From assembly GCF_009914755.1 (NCBI RefSeq), contig NC_060936.1: 64,000 bases of DNA, one strand, 5' to 3'. The notes under the pieces are model-generated. The model was not told where the DNA came from. It did not search any database and saw nothing but the letters and a program-made list of their open reading frames with translations. The position numbers and the translations under genes are program-made. Positions 16,482 to 33,847 of the stretch are shown piece after piece; within the stretch, counting starts at the first letter, position 1; each line of letters starts with the position of its first letter. The stretch comes from the human T2T-CHM13v2.0 reference genome, Homo sapiens.

Positions 16482-16873
16482 AAAGAACAAGAAATGCAAA
16501 GGCCCTCAGGTGAAAAGAAGAATGGCACTCTCAAGGAACAAAGACAAATCAAAGAAAGCTAGGTGCTGGAGCACAGGTGATGAGCCGGTGAAGAAAGGAG
16601 AAGACCGAGAAGGTTGGAGAAGACCGAGAAGGTTGCCAAAGTTTGGGAGCTGGGGGAGGGGAAATGGTTGCCTATTAAATTTTACAGGTAATTTAAGTTG
16701 TATTAATTGTCATCAAATAACAAATCCAACTATACAAATAACTATAAAAGACTCTATGGAGGGCTCCCTTTTCCACCTACCCTTTGCTTCAGTCTCATTT
16801 TAGAGGTAAGCACTATGAACAGCTTCTGCAAGAAGCTGGGAGCTTAAAATGGCTATCAGTGATAAAGGAATCA

Positions 16874-17209
<336 letters not shown>

Positions 17210-17764
17210 AAAGGAATCAAACACATACAGGCTACCAGCCCAGGATAGCTATGAATAAGTTTGCCATAACCTGAGACCACTCTTAGAAGAAAATATATCA
17301 TCTTATCAAACTGAAACTTCAAACCTGCCCCACATGTAACTATGTAGGAAACCTAAGTTAAGAAATTATCATAAAAACCTTCACAGAGAAACATTAGTGA
17401 AAGGATATAAAGATCTAAATAAATAGAGGGATGTACCATGTTCAAGGACTGGAAGATTCAAAATTGTAAAGCTGTTAGGTCTTCCTAAATTGATCTATAT
17501 ATCCAGTGAAATTTCAATTCAAAATCCAAGCAGCTTTTTTAAATATGGAAATTAACAAGCCAATTCTAAAATTATGTAGAAGAGAAATAAAACAGAAATA
17601 GCCAAAACACTCTTGAAGAACAAGATGAGAAAACTTATTCTATCAGATATCAAGACTTAGCATTAAGACAGGAGGGCATTGGCATAAGGATAGCAAATTG
17701 TCTAATGGAACAGAAGGGAGAGTCCAGAAATAGATTCATGGATATATGACCAAAATGATACTAC

Positions 17765-17925
17765 ATTAGCTGGGTGTGGTAGTGCATGCACCTGTAGTCC
17801 CAGCTACTGGGGAGGCTGAGATGGGAAGATCGCTGGATCCCAAGAGTTCAAGGCTATAGTGAGCTATGATCACACCACCGTACTCTAGCCTGGGACAGAA
17901 CTGGACCCTATCTCTAAAAAAAACA
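17765..17925 (+). mobile_element. Alu right monomer (FRAM/AluJ)
   Basis: ATTAGCTGGGTGTGG...GAGTTCAAGGCTATAGTGAGCTATGATC... Confidence 0.85.
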
Positions 17926-18006
17926 AAGTTGCGGGTATGGTGAAACTTGATAAATTTGACTTTATTAAAATTTGGGATTTCTGTGCATCAAAAGATACCA
18001 TTGAGA

Positions 18007-18298
18007 GGCTGGGCATGGTGGCTCACGCCTGTAATCCCAGCTCCTTGGGAGGCTGAGGCAGGCAGATTGCTTGAGTCCAGGAGTTCAAGACCAGCCTGGC
18101 CAACATGGTGAGACCCCATCTCTACTAAAAATACAAATTAGCCGGGTGAGGTGGCGCGTGCCTGTAGTTCCAGCTACTCACCGGCTGAGGGAGGAGAATT
18201 CCTTGAACCTGGCAGGTGGAGGCTGCAGTTAGCCAAGATCACCTCACTGCACTCCAGCCTGGGCAACAGAGTGAGACTCTGCCTCGAAAAAAAAAGAA
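18007..18298 (+). mobile_element. AluS
   Basis: Full dimer. TSD AAAAGATACCATTGAGA / AAAAGATACTATTAAGA. Confidence 0.95.
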
Positions 18299-19054
18299 AA
18301 AAGATACTATTAAGATGGTAAAAAGGCAAACCACAAACTGGGAGAATGTATTTTTAATACCTGTATCAGACAAAGAATTCATATCCAGAATACCTAAATG
18401 ACTCCTATAAATTAAAGAAAAAACCAGATAACCCAGTTTGTTAAAAATGGACAAAAGACTTGAACAGACCTTTCACAAGACAGGATACCCAAATGGCCAA
18501 AATGCATTTGAAAAAGGGCTGCTCAATGACAACAGGGAAATGCAAAGTAAAACCACAATGGAATAACACCATACACCCAACAGAATTGCTAAAATTAATA
18601 ATATTGACAATATCAAGTGTTGTGAAGGATATGGAACAACCAGAACTTTCATACATTGCTAGAAGGAGTGTAAATTTGTCCAGCTACTTTGGGAAATCTC
18701 TTTGGTGTTATCTATTATATTAAAGTTTAACATATGTATCCTATGAGCAGTTCTATTCTCAGATACCCATCCAATAGAAATACATATACACATACATCAA
18801 AAGACATGTACAAAACTGTGGCAAGATTATTAGTAATACCCTAAAATTGAGAATAACCCAAATTTACAACAGTAATAGAAAGGATAGATACAGTAATAAA
18901 AATAACAAAAGCGCAGCTACATACATAACATGATTTAATCTCACAAACATATGTTGAGGAAAAGACGCCAGAAACAAACAAAAAAATACACACTGCATTT
19001 ATATATGATTTATATAAAGTCCAAAAGAAGGTAAAGTTGTTAAAAACCAATTAA

Positions 19055-20928
<1,874 letters not shown>

Positions 20929-22313
20929 AAAAAAGAATTAACTTTGAGGAGAAGGGAGGGGTTAGTTATTAGGAAGGGTCACAAGGGGGAATTCCTAGGG
21001 TGCAGGTAATGTGCTATTTCTTGACTAGGATAGCAGTACACTTACTGTAGACTTTTCTACAGTATGCTGTAGTATAACTAAAGGGTACTAAATAAAGGAG
21101 GGATAAAAGGACAGGACAGAAAGAGAGAGAGAGAGATGGGACCAGCAAAACACCAGGCAAAACCAAACCAAAACACCTTTGTTGTGAGACATTTGCAACT
21201 CAGAGAACACATTACTCCAAAAAAAATGAAATGAAAAACCAATAACCTCTAAAGATAATCTCCCAATAAAATTATAATCACCCACAAAAACGAATCCTCA
21301 ATTGGGATTGCATTAAGTGCACAGATCATCTTAAAGATAATTGGCATCTTTACTATAATAGATAACTGATTAAGTATTTACTATGTGCCTGGCACTGGGC
21401 TGAGTGTTCTGAAAAGATCATTTTCTTTAATTCTTATACTTGACACACTAGTTAACTAATAATATTACTCTCATTTTACAAACAAGGAAGCTAGACCTTA
21501 GAGGAGTGAAGCCATTTTCCTGAGATGATCAAGGAAGGAATGAGTAGAAATGGCAATCAAACTCAAGCTTTAGGCTCATAGCTACCACATTAAACTTTCT
21601 GTGCAGAAACATGGAGTATATTTGCATGGACTCGGGTGTTCTTTTTTCTATCTTTCAATAGCATTTTAGAATGTTTTTTAAATACATGGATTTACATATT
21701 TTTACTATTTCTGATATTTTATCATTTTGATGCTATTATGAATAAGATCTTTTTTTCCATTACATTTTCTAATTGATTACTGCTGGTGATTAGGAGACCT
21801 ACTGATTTTTTAAAATCTTATATCTGACTACTTTCTTGTTTTTCAGGTAATTCTCTTGGATATTCCAGGTAGTCAAGGTAAAGTAAGTAAATAACGACAG
21901 CTTCCTCTCTTTCTTTTCCCCTGACTACCTCATTTGCCAATATTTGTGCATTTTATGGCATGGGGGAAAGATTCATAATGTACTGTGGGTGAGGAGGGAC
22001 CTTTAATACATTCCAGGCAGAGGGAACTCTATGTTTGAGCATGAGGTTATGAAGCAGCTTGACAGATTCAAGAAACTGGGAGTAGTTTGACAGGACTGTA
22101 AAGTAGGGCACAAATGAGGGAAGCAAAAGATGGTAACTTGAAAGAGAAAACAGTGGATCTTGAAGGATGACAAGTCATTAAGAGACTTCAAGCAGAGATG
22201 TAGCATGATAAGATTTATGTTTAAGAAAGAATGCCAATGTCAGCAGTGCAGAGGACTGACTGAAGAAGGTGGTACTGAAGAAAGGGAGAAAGGTTAGGAG
22301 GCTGCAGTAATGA

Positions 22314-22712
<399 letters not shown>

Positions 22713-23124
22713 TAGTTGTGATTTTGGACCAGTTACATAATCTCCCCAAGCTTCAATTTTTGTAATCTGCAAAATTAAAATAATAGCACCAACCAGCATG
22801 ACTATGAAGCTTAAGTAGGATAATTTGTGTGCAGTGCACTCAAAAATGGTAGATCTTTACTACTAAGCCAGACATTGACGGTGAGAATGAAGTTGAGATC
22901 ACAGATTCTAGGAAGGCAAATCCATCAAAGTGCCATGCCAGAGTTAGCACTTCCTCTTCTGAGTTATGAGGGAAGGTGAATCTTGACGTTACCCCCTTTC
23001 ACCCACACACGAAATTCCACCTCTCCTATGTTCCTTCTCCCTGCCCACACCTCCCAACAAGCCCATCGCTAAGACAGCTCTGGGTGTTGGATTTGAACAT
23101 AACGTAGTTAAACTACATGGCTCA

Positions 23125-24025
23125 CAAATTATTATGACAACTCAGCAACAAAAAAAACCACAAACAACATGATTTTTTAAATGGCCCAAGGACTTGAATA
23201 GATATGTTTCCAAAGAAGATGCACAAATGGCCAACAAGCATGGGAAGATGCTCACCATTAGTCACTTGGGAAATGTAAATCGAAACCACAATGAAGTGCC
23301 ACTTCGCACCCACGAGGATGGCTATCAAAAAATGCAAAAAACAAGTGTTGGGGAGGATATGGAGAAATTGAAACTCTAATATACTGTTGGAAGGTAAAGT
23401 CATTTGGCCACTGGAGAAAGTAGTTTGGTGTTCCTCAAAACATTAAACGTAGAATTACCATATGACTTAGCAATTTCCCTCCTAGGTATAGTGCCAAAAG
23501 AATTAAAAAACAGGTGTTCAAACAAGTACATGTATTGTATACCCATGTACACAGCAGCACTGTTCACAATAACTAAAAGGGAGATACAGTTCAAATGTCT
23601 GCCAGTGGATGAATAAACAAGAGGTGGTGTATACATATAATGGAATATTATTCATCCATAAAAGGGAATGAAGTACTGATACATGCTACAACATGGACGA
23701 ACCTCAGAAGCATTATGCTAAGTGAAAAAAGTGAGACACAAAAGGTTACCTATTGTATGATGCCATTTATATTAAGTATGCAGCAAAAGTAAATCCACAG
23801 AGGCAGAACACAGATTTGTAGATATGAGGCACAGGCGGAAAGGGGGATGGGAAACAACTACTTAACACCTATAGGGTTCCCTTCTGGAGTGATGAATATG
23901 TCATGGAACTGGAGGTGACGGTTGCACAGCATTGTGAATGCACTCAATGCCACCAAAATATTCACTTTAAAATGATTAATTTTATGTGCTGTTACTGGTA
24001 CCTAAATAAATAAATAATTTTTTAA
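23125..24025 (+). mobile_element. L1MB 3' end
   Basis: GGACTTGAATAGATATGTTTCCAAAGAAGAT...GAATTACCATATGAC...GGAATGAAGTACTGATACATGCTACAACATGG...GTTGCACAGCATTGTGAATG. Confidence 0.85.
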
Positions 24026-24846
24026 AAAGTATTATGAAAGCCTTTTCACAGAAAGTGGACGTGATCAGCTGCTAGAGTTCAGATATACCTACCTCAAGTT
24101 ACCAATGAAGGTAGTTTGCATTAAACCACTATGGTACCCACTCCAGTCAGTTTTTAATGCCCAGGCAGTCTGTATTGCTTAATAACACCAGTAACCCCAG
24201 TTAGGTGCGGTGCAATCTCCTGCTGATGTCAATACCTTAAACTAGTTGGAGCCCTTATTTTTCCTTCAATTATCTTGTCTTCCCACAGTCCCTCTGAACA
24301 CTTCCAGCCGTAGCCTGGCTCCAGGAGCCTTTTGGAGGCAAGTTTTCACCCTTGGAGTTGAATCTTTTTTGACTGCAATGTCTCTTTGAAAGTTCTTACA
24401 TACTATTATATGAAAATATTGCCTTTCCATGCCTTGACTATATAAGCTCCATGAGGTTTGGAACTGTGCTTCTTTTGTTTACCACCTTACCTGGTACATA
24501 GTACAACAAAGAAACAGGTTGTTTAGATCTCAACAGACCCAGGGGTTTCCTTATCTGCTATTTTAACTGCTTCTGAGTGTGACATCACTGAAACAAAAAA
24601 GTCAGATAGGTAAATTGTCTTTTAATTTTAACTTTGTAATTATCCTGTGTGCATAGGAAAGAAGATTGACTAGAAACTAGCTCATGCTTCTCTTATATCG
24701 CCATTCTCCTCCCCAGACAAAATACTACCTTGACCCCTATATCAACTCATGAAACACAGAATCCTTCTCAACCTCTTCCACCTGCAGCTCTTCCATAGGG
24801 TGTCTTTATTACTGCCTGAAAGTAAAAACTCTAGGATACTAATTCA

Positions 24847-25153
<307 letters not shown>

Positions 25154-25811
25154 CTATATGAGGGTGTTTAATCCTTTGTCTTTTCCTAATGCAACGAATT
25201 GAGCAATTTGAATTCTGAGTAGAAGCAAACACATGAAAATGTTATTTCACTTTTTATTATTTATTTATTTAAACACCCTATTTCACTTTTTTTCTTTTAT
25301 TCAAAGTGACTCACTTTTGTCCAGTTACCGACTTTCCAGAAAATATCGCCAGTACTGGAAGCTAAGATTGGACTATTTTACTGCTGTACATAAGCAAAGC
25401 CTTAATCTGGCTTTAAGGCTCAAAGAAAGATTCTACAGGTAATAATTACAGACAAATGGTGCCCCAAAAAAAAAGATGTTTTGACACTGCTAAGAATAAG
25501 CGTGCGTGGGTGCCTCCTCTGTGTCAAGCACAATACAGGGGAAGAAAACTGATTCACTAGTCAAAGAGTTTTGGGTGTGAATCCCAGCTCAGCCACTAAC
25601 TATGTGAGCTTGAGAAAATTATTAAACATCTCTGAACATCAGCTTATAAACTTTAAAAATGGAAATAACAGGTACCTCATAGGGTTGTTGTATGCATTAA
25701 CTATGTTAATGTATTTAAAGACTGCCTGGTACATATTAGTCTCTCAATTAATGGTCATTATCCTCCTAAGCAGGGCTCATCTTATTGAGATGAAATTGTA
25801 TTGGCTTCTTG

Positions 25812-25814
<3 letters not shown>

Positions 25815-25879
<65 letters not shown>
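25815..25879. repeat. (CA)n(GA)n compound microsatellite
   Basis: Seen directly in the sequence. Confidence 0.98.
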
Positions 25880-26542
25880 TAAGCATCTCCTCATCTCATT
25901 TTCTGGCTTACTTAATAATAAAACTGTCAAAAGAGAAAAGTAAGACAAACTGTATAATGTACAAGAACCGTGGAAACAGTTTCCAAAAACTCTAAATCTG
26001 TAAGAATTCTGTTAGGTCAGCAGGTCTGCATCGATTTTACTCATATTTACCAAAGGTTGCTGCCCAATTTTTGCTGCTACTTTTCTTGTCACATCCATAT
26101 TTTCCTATTACAGATATATTTTATGTTTCAATAACATATATGGGTCCCCACGAGAAACTAAACCAAATGTAATAATGAGCATTGAGGGATATATTTTTCA
26201 AACACTGTCTGATTCCTAGGAGGCCCAGAAATTATTTTCGTAACAAAATGAATTTCAATCAACTTGATAACTATTTAGAGAATGCCTACTACATTCAAGA
26301 CACCAGAGGGATTCAAAGATAAATAAGATACAGTTTGTGTCCTCAAGCAGTTATAATCCAGCAAAAACCTGACATGACCAGCCATGTGCCAGATCTTACT
26401 ATTCTAACAAACACACTTCATCCCAATGTGGCCTGTTCAATGCATCTCCCAGAAATACTTCAGACAAAATACATTGAAATAAGTATAGGTAATTTTTTAA
26501 TTCTTTAGACAGATAATCTTGCTCTAAAAAGGTAACAAAACA

Positions 26543-26899
26543 GGCCAAGCACAGTGGCTCACTGTAATTCCAACACTTTGGGAGGCCAAGGCAGAAGGAT
26601 CACTTGAGGGCAGCAGTTTTCCACCAGCCTAGGCAACACAGCCAGAACTCAACTCTACAAAAAAAATTTTTTTAATTAACAAGGGGGAAAAAAAAAAAAA
26701 GAAAGAAAAAGAAAATTAACCAGGCATAGTGGCACATGCCTGTAGTCCCAGCTACCCAGGAGGCTAAGGTAGGAGTATCATTTGAGTCCAGGAATTCGAG
26801 GCTGCAAGTGACCTATGATTAGGCCACTGCATTCCAGCCTGGGCGACAGAGTAAGACTCTGTTTCTTAAAAAATAATAACAATAAAAAAATTTAACAAT
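26543..26899 (+). mobile_element. AluJ with expanded central linker
   Basis: Dimer. TSD AAAAGGTAACAAAACA (26527-26542) / AAAAGATAACAAAACA (26900-26915). Confidence 0.92.
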
Positions 26900-29800
26900 A
26901 AAAGATAACAAAACAAAATACTATCTGAATTATCACTTGTGACTGACGCTGTTGTTTGAATTCACCAGGTAATTCCTCAATTATCCTTTTCTATATAGAT
27001 ATCACTGTTATGTATGAGATCATAGCAGAGAAGCTCTGGCAAGGTAATTTGCAGAATGAAGTATTTCCTATTTTGTACCAAACATGATGACATTTAAGCT
27101 ACTCAAGGGAAATATATTTTTACACTGTGCGAGATACTCTGTGTTAAGAATTTTTATGTGGTACACTAGGTAAATTCCATGTAAAATAATTTTCCCTAAG
27201 AAATAAAATGTTCACAAAGATTCCCTTGTCTGATTTTATTTTAAATCTCAAAAGGTTAATCCAAAATTTGACCTTATAAACAATACCAGCACATAGTAAG
27301 CCAAACACTTGCAAAAGAATGTTGTTCTCCAGTGTGCTAAGAACTCTGGGAGTGAGAAGGAATAGGGCATCATTTCCTTTACCTCACTAGGGAACTATTT
27401 ATAGTCCAGCATTCTAATGAAAACCCTCGTGACCTGGAAAAGTTAATGTGCCTTTCAAAGTGTCTTATTTATATCCAGGGAATAACTCAGGATCACATCC
27501 AAGATGTAAACATGTGTTTTTCTCTCTCTCCCTCTCTCTCAGCTCATGCACTTATCTCATTCAATATGAAAGCAAGAAAGAGTTTCAGTCTATATTTATT
27601 TTAGTTCTCACTTTACACAGTTGATGATTGAAGATATTGCAGAAGACTAGCGTTTCACTAGAAACATCTTTAGGAAAATGATGGACCAAATTTTGGAGAT
27701 ACTTACAATCTACCAAAAAAAAATAAATCATGGCATTTCTCTTCTTAAAACTTAATGAAATTCAAAGGTTTTATCTGAAGAAAAATCAGTAAAATGGGAA
27801 ATACAGTCCAAAATAACTTTAAATGTCAGTTATATATACTTATGTTATTTAAATAATAATGTATTATTGACATAAGTGTATATCATAGTTGACAAGTTCT
27901 TTTCTTTTCTAGGTGTCCACTTGGGCTTCATTCCCTTCCAGGAGATCCTCCTGACTCTCTTAGACTAGCTTAAATGCCCTTTCGTGTACTCCTTGTCTTA
28001 GCAATTCTTGCCTGGCAAGAATTCTGTAAGCTAGGTATAGTTTTGATCACTATTTTACAGGTAAGAAAATTGAGTCCAGAGAAACTGAGCAACGTGTCTA
28101 GACAAGATTACGAAGCTGAACCAGGAACCAAACTCCGATTGAATGATTCCAAACCCAATACTCTGGCTGCAGATCTATTGAGTGGACTTGTCTTCCACTT
28201 TAACACTGCATTTACCAAACATTAAGAAAGTAGGAAGATAAGCAATTATCTGTTGACTTTGGGTAGTAAATATGGAGCATTGGATAATTATGATAATAAG
28301 GTCTTGAGCATTAGTGTGTGCCAAGCACTTGGCTAAGTGTTTATGTTCATTCTTTCATTTCATTCTAACAACATCCAGTGAGATAGAAATGATGAGTATT
28401 CCCCTCCACCAATTTTTACAGTTAAAGAACCTGAGGCTCGAGGAAGGTAAATAATTTGCTCAAGGTCACACAACTAAAAGGAGACAGAACCAGGCTCTGT
28501 ACCCAGGTTGTCTAACTCTGAGTCCACTTGCTTAACCACCATACATATTGCCTAATCCAAGCCCCATCCCACCTCCCGCTTCTCCTTAGATACGTATTTA
28601 AGAGGGTAAGTGTAAACTACAAGATGAGGGCTGCCCCTCATTTATCATAATAACTGCTGAATTCTCCCTTTTTTCCTAATATGTATAGGTATATGCTAAG
28701 ACTTTTTTTCAGACTTGCGTTAGAATTCCGGTCCAGCCACTTACTAGATGAATGACTTTGTTCACATTACTAAATCTCTCTGAAAATACAAGTTGAGTAA
28801 TTTGCAGTTTCTGTTTCTCCATTTGACAAAAAAAGATGATAGAACCCAACCAGCAGGATGGTTGCACCTAAAGTGAAATCCTGTAATGGAAACTTCCTAG
28901 TACAGAGCTTAGTAGGCAGAAGTAATTCGACAAATACCAGACCCATCCCCTTCCCTCCCCTGAATGATAGCTTTAAATGTAGGTATTAATCAAGTACCCA
29001 CCGGATAAAGAGAAACTTTCATTTACTAACTCAGTCATTCACCTCAAAATATTGTTGACTTCTCTTGAATCTCTCCAGTTAAAGGAATTTTAAGATTACA
29101 ACGTCCCAAAATTCGTTTTTCTGTCCTACATCTGGATGGCAACAGCTCCTTGAACACTTTTCTCTTGGTTTTTACAAGTGTGCAAATCTATCCATATTTT
29201 AAATGTAGTATCTACTGATGATAGATACGTACTCTAATTCCACAAATGTCTACTAGGTGCCTCCTGTGCCAAGAACCCTTCCTGACCCCAAGAAGTTCAT
29301 AGTTTATTGGGTAAAAAAACACATGACTAGCTAAGACACTATGTAATAACGGTGCCATAACAAAGGCATGTACCAACCTCCATGGGAGCAATTAATCTTG
29401 CTCGAGGTTTTGAGGACTAGTTCACAGAAGAGGTGACATTTGAGTTCAGCCACAAAGAATGAGTCAGCTTCTCCGAGAATTAATGAGCATTCCAGCATCA
29501 CAGGCAAATTTCAAGCAGTATATCTTGTTAAAACTGTGACCACAAGAATGTCCCATCATAGAAACTTTTCTCCTTTTGCTTGGTCCAGATTATTAAAGAC
29601 AAAACAGTCATGATGACTTTCAGGGTTAATCCACTAAAGTCACTCAACGATGGTTTTACAAAGCAAATGTGTGGTATTTAAGTTTCCCAAAGACGCCATC
29701 GTGTAGCACTTAGGATTCCGAACAACGCAAGTTTCTCCTTTGAGAGCTCATATATAATGAATGTGTGTTACATTAAAGATTACTGAAGATTGTAAACCTT

Positions 29801-32800
29801 CTTTTTTGCATGTGTAAGATTGGTAGCTTTTAAAATATTGATGCATTTGTGTAAATTACCCAACTTGAATTTTACAACAAATTCAGAAAAGAAAATGTCA
29901 AAGTTGGACAAATTTTAAATGAACTCTCTATGAAAATAAAAAAAACTTCTTAAATAATATTTTGAGATGAATTGGTCTACAGAGCTCATCTTGGATTTCA
30001 ACATGTATGTAGCTGAAGGGTACAGAAATGAATTGGCTATGAAGACTTAGGAAAAGTTTCAAGGTTTAACTATCTTTGCCTTGTTCTGTATGTAACCCAT
30101 GTTTTCCTACTTTTTGTCCTTAATCACTCTGTGAATATTTTCCGTAAATAAATCTGATTCTCATCCACATAGCACCTGCTATTCTCTCTTCTTCTGTGGC
30201 CTCCATCCTTTGGTTGCCACCATTTCCAGCAGGTGCTGACATCTCCTACCACAGCTGATGCCATGGAGCCCTCAGAGTGGCAAGGTGTCTCGGTATTGTG
30301 TTGCATAGTTGGAAAGAAGTTCTCGCTTCCCTTCTTTTTTCTTGGCTTACTCTAGCTTAGGGCAGGAGGTCCAAGGCAGATGTCCTTGGACCCCAGGGAT
30401 GGACAACGCTGTCAGTGCAAGTTTTACTCACAACCTTCCCATGCTCCCTCTACAGGATGCAGATGTCCCTCCCTGAGCCAGAGACAACCTGAGTGACAGC
30501 CCCAAACCCCTTCCCTCCAATGATCGAAGCTTTGTTTTGGGATCCAGCTGCTTCTGCCTAGCTGCCTTGCCCCTCTGGACAAGTCCTCACCCAAGAAGCC
30601 CTGGGACTATCACATAGAGACAGCCTGGTATGCCATTTCCCAGATATGGCCAAACTACTATGGACTTCAGAGACACACCTGGCTTGAGATTATAGGATTC
30701 TTGATCTTATTCCTACTTGCTTCAGTTATTGATGAAAATAGGCTGAGCCTCATAACAAATGTTGGAGAATGCTTATGTTCACTTTTATTTGGTTAAGAAT
30801 GAATGAATAAATGGATGAATGAAAGGATACGAGTCCTATTAAAGCTGTAAACTTTCCCCAAGTGAATGTTTGGTAGCAGTGTTCTATCTCTGCGACCACT
30901 ATGCCCTGTTCACTTTTACGGTTTTAAATATTTTATTCATTTACCTCAAGAATAGTAACAGCTAACATTGATATCACATCTTACAAAGCCTTTTCCATGT
31001 ATGTTCCTTTATTTCATTTTTAACCTGTGAAACAGGTATTACCATGATCTCCATTTTCTACAGGAGAAAATTAAGCAGACTTCCCCACTTCCCCATTCTC
31101 ATCCTTTGCTTTTGCTACTAAATTTTACTAATCTTTCAGCCACACCTAAGACATCATTTTCTCCATGAAGACTTACCTAACTATTGGCCTGGAGAAGCAG
31201 GTCCTGTTCCCTGCTCCAGTACAGCCAGAGTGTCAGTTAATCAGAGGGGACCTGGCACAGTCAGGGCCTCCCAGACCAATTACCTTAAGATTTGAGCTAT
31301 CCTATTAATTGTCCCCAATGCTGTGTATGAGTAATAACATTATTATAACCACACATTTTTTCCATGTGTGCCAGAATGTGGAAAAGGCTAAGTAACACCA
31401 CCGTGAAGGAATGGCTAAGAGCATGGCTTTTAGAGGCACATATTAGCTATATGATCTTCAACAGCTATGAACCTATCTGGGTGTTAGTTTCCTCATCTGG
31501 AAAATAAAAATAACAATAGCAAACACTTACACAGCATTTACTACCATGTAGGTTATCTCTTTTACTGTTCACAATAGCATAAGGTAGGAACTATCATTCT
31601 TCCCATGATACAGAGAGGAAATAGGCACAACAGTGGTCATGTTTGAACTTGACGTGAATGATATAAGACCTGTAATTAAAGCCCAAGCCCATGTTTGCAA
31701 CTACTATATTACATGAACAAACCTTCCTCATACGGTTGTTATAAGAGCTAAATTTGATAATCCATGTGTAAGTGATGCTCTTGTCCCAGAATTGTAACCA
31801 AAGACCAAAACCACCAGGTACCCCTTCCATGGCCATGCAGGGTTTACTGAGAGGTATCAATTCAGAAAACTCTCCTTACCTCCCACTATCATCCTCCACC
31901 ACCTCCACTGCCCCAGTCAACATAAAGGCACTGGCATGCCTGCCTCTACATAACCAGAGCAGAGGAAATAGCTTTGAGGAGACAGATGTTGTATTTGTAC
32001 TGCTGAGGGAGGGGCTATCAGTTCCACTGTCTCCTCTCCTAGTAAGATGGAGTCTGCACTTGTCCATGGTCTCATGAATTGGCTGGCCACAGAAGGTGGC
32101 TGGAAATGGGAGCTATATCTCACCATAACTGGCATTGCACAGTGGCAAAGAGGCACTTGTATCAAAGTATTGCAGCATGATACCACTGTGTGGATGAGGG
32201 AGGTCGGCGGCAGAGGATGACTAAATTTTACAAGGGATCAGCAGGGCTTAAAGAAACTGCATCGGCATGGGCCTCTCTGTGATAGGATATGTCAAAGCCC
32301 CCTCCTGTCCTCACTTATGTCATATGGGAACGATGTTGCTTTCCTTAAGGGATTGTCATGAAAATTAAATGAGATAATGTGCATGAGATTCCGCAAAATG
32401 GTCCCACGATTAATGTTAGCTCCTTCACCACACTCTTGCTACCCAGTGTTTAAAGCTTGGGTAAATACTTTGAGTATGAGAAAAGATGGGTAGCTTTTCA
32501 TAATGTCAGATTCAACCTAAAAAGAAAAATCTCTGTTTGCAGACTTCTATCTCCCTGGATTACTAAGTAGACCTGAAATTTATTAACCTTTTTACTCATT
32601 TGTGAGCACCAGCGTAAGAGGACTTTTTTGAATAATCAAGAAACCTCATTCCGGTGGGCAAATAAAAGGAGGCCAGGTGTTTGGGATTAAAAATGCATTA
32701 TCCCCACCACTGACTTTCTGGGGATGGTGTCAAGTATTTGCTCTCTCATAATATGTACTATTTCTAGAGTAGAAAAGGAGGAGGGAAACATGTACAGAGA

Positions 32801-33544
32801 TGATAAGAGGAATTTAGGGAAAATGGGGATAGTCGGAAACATGGAGGGTGAAAGTAGCAGAGAGAGGACGGAGAAGCATCCTATTTTTAACCACTTATAG
32901 TCGTCTTCCCTCTCCTTAAAAACAGGTCTTCTTCCTGCCCACAGTGAACTGAGTAAGACAATATCTGGGGCTCCATAAGGCCATCTGTGTATCTATTTGG
33001 AGCCACTGATATTTGTGTCTTTGTGGCAAAGCTGGGCTGGCTTTTTTAACACTAGATACACAACCACCAAATTCTCCAGAGCTGTTTTTAAGAAAATTGT
33101 CCCCATCCAAACTATCAGGTTTTTAAAATTAGCACAATAAAGCTATTTTATAATAACAATGTGAATAAGTAATTCCCAATTTGTGACTCATGCATAAAAA
33201 GCAAAGGAGGCTATTTTCTTGAAGTAAAACTAAGATATTTCTGTTAATAATATTAACAGCATAAATATATATTGATGTGTGCTTTCTGTGCCAGGCACCA
33301 TGCTAAGCTCTTAACACGCACGGGACCCCTTTTGCAGAGGAAGAAATTAAGGCTTAGTAGGTTAAATAACCAGATCAGAGCCACAGAACTAATGGTAGAA
33401 TTAGAAATCAAACCAAGGTCTACCTGCAAACCCTGAACTCTTAACCTCTGCCCTGTTACCTGCTTTAGAAACTTTTAGTGGCTGTCACTTCATCACCCAG
33501 GCCAAGCTCTTACATGAGTGAAGGAAGAAATCTAGCTCATGGAA

Positions 33545-33847
33545 GGCCGGGCACGGTGGCTTACGCCTGTAATCCCAGCACTTTGGGAGGCCAAGGCAGG
33601 TGGATCACCTGAGGTCGAGAGTTCAAGACCAGCCTGATCAATATGGAGAAATCGTGTCTCTACTAAAAATACAAAATTAGCCAGGCGTGGTGGTGCATGC
33701 CTGTAATCCCAGCTATTCGGGAGGCTGAGGCAGGGAGAATTGCTTGAACCTGGGAGGCAGGAGGTTGCAGTGAGCCAAGATCATGCCATTGCACTCCAGC
33801 CTGGGCAACAAGAGCAAAACTCCGTCTCAAAAAAAAGGAAAAGAAAA
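33545..33847 (+). mobile_element. AluSp-like
   Basis: Full dimer. TSD AAGAAATCTAGC(T/C)CATGG. Confidence 0.95.
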
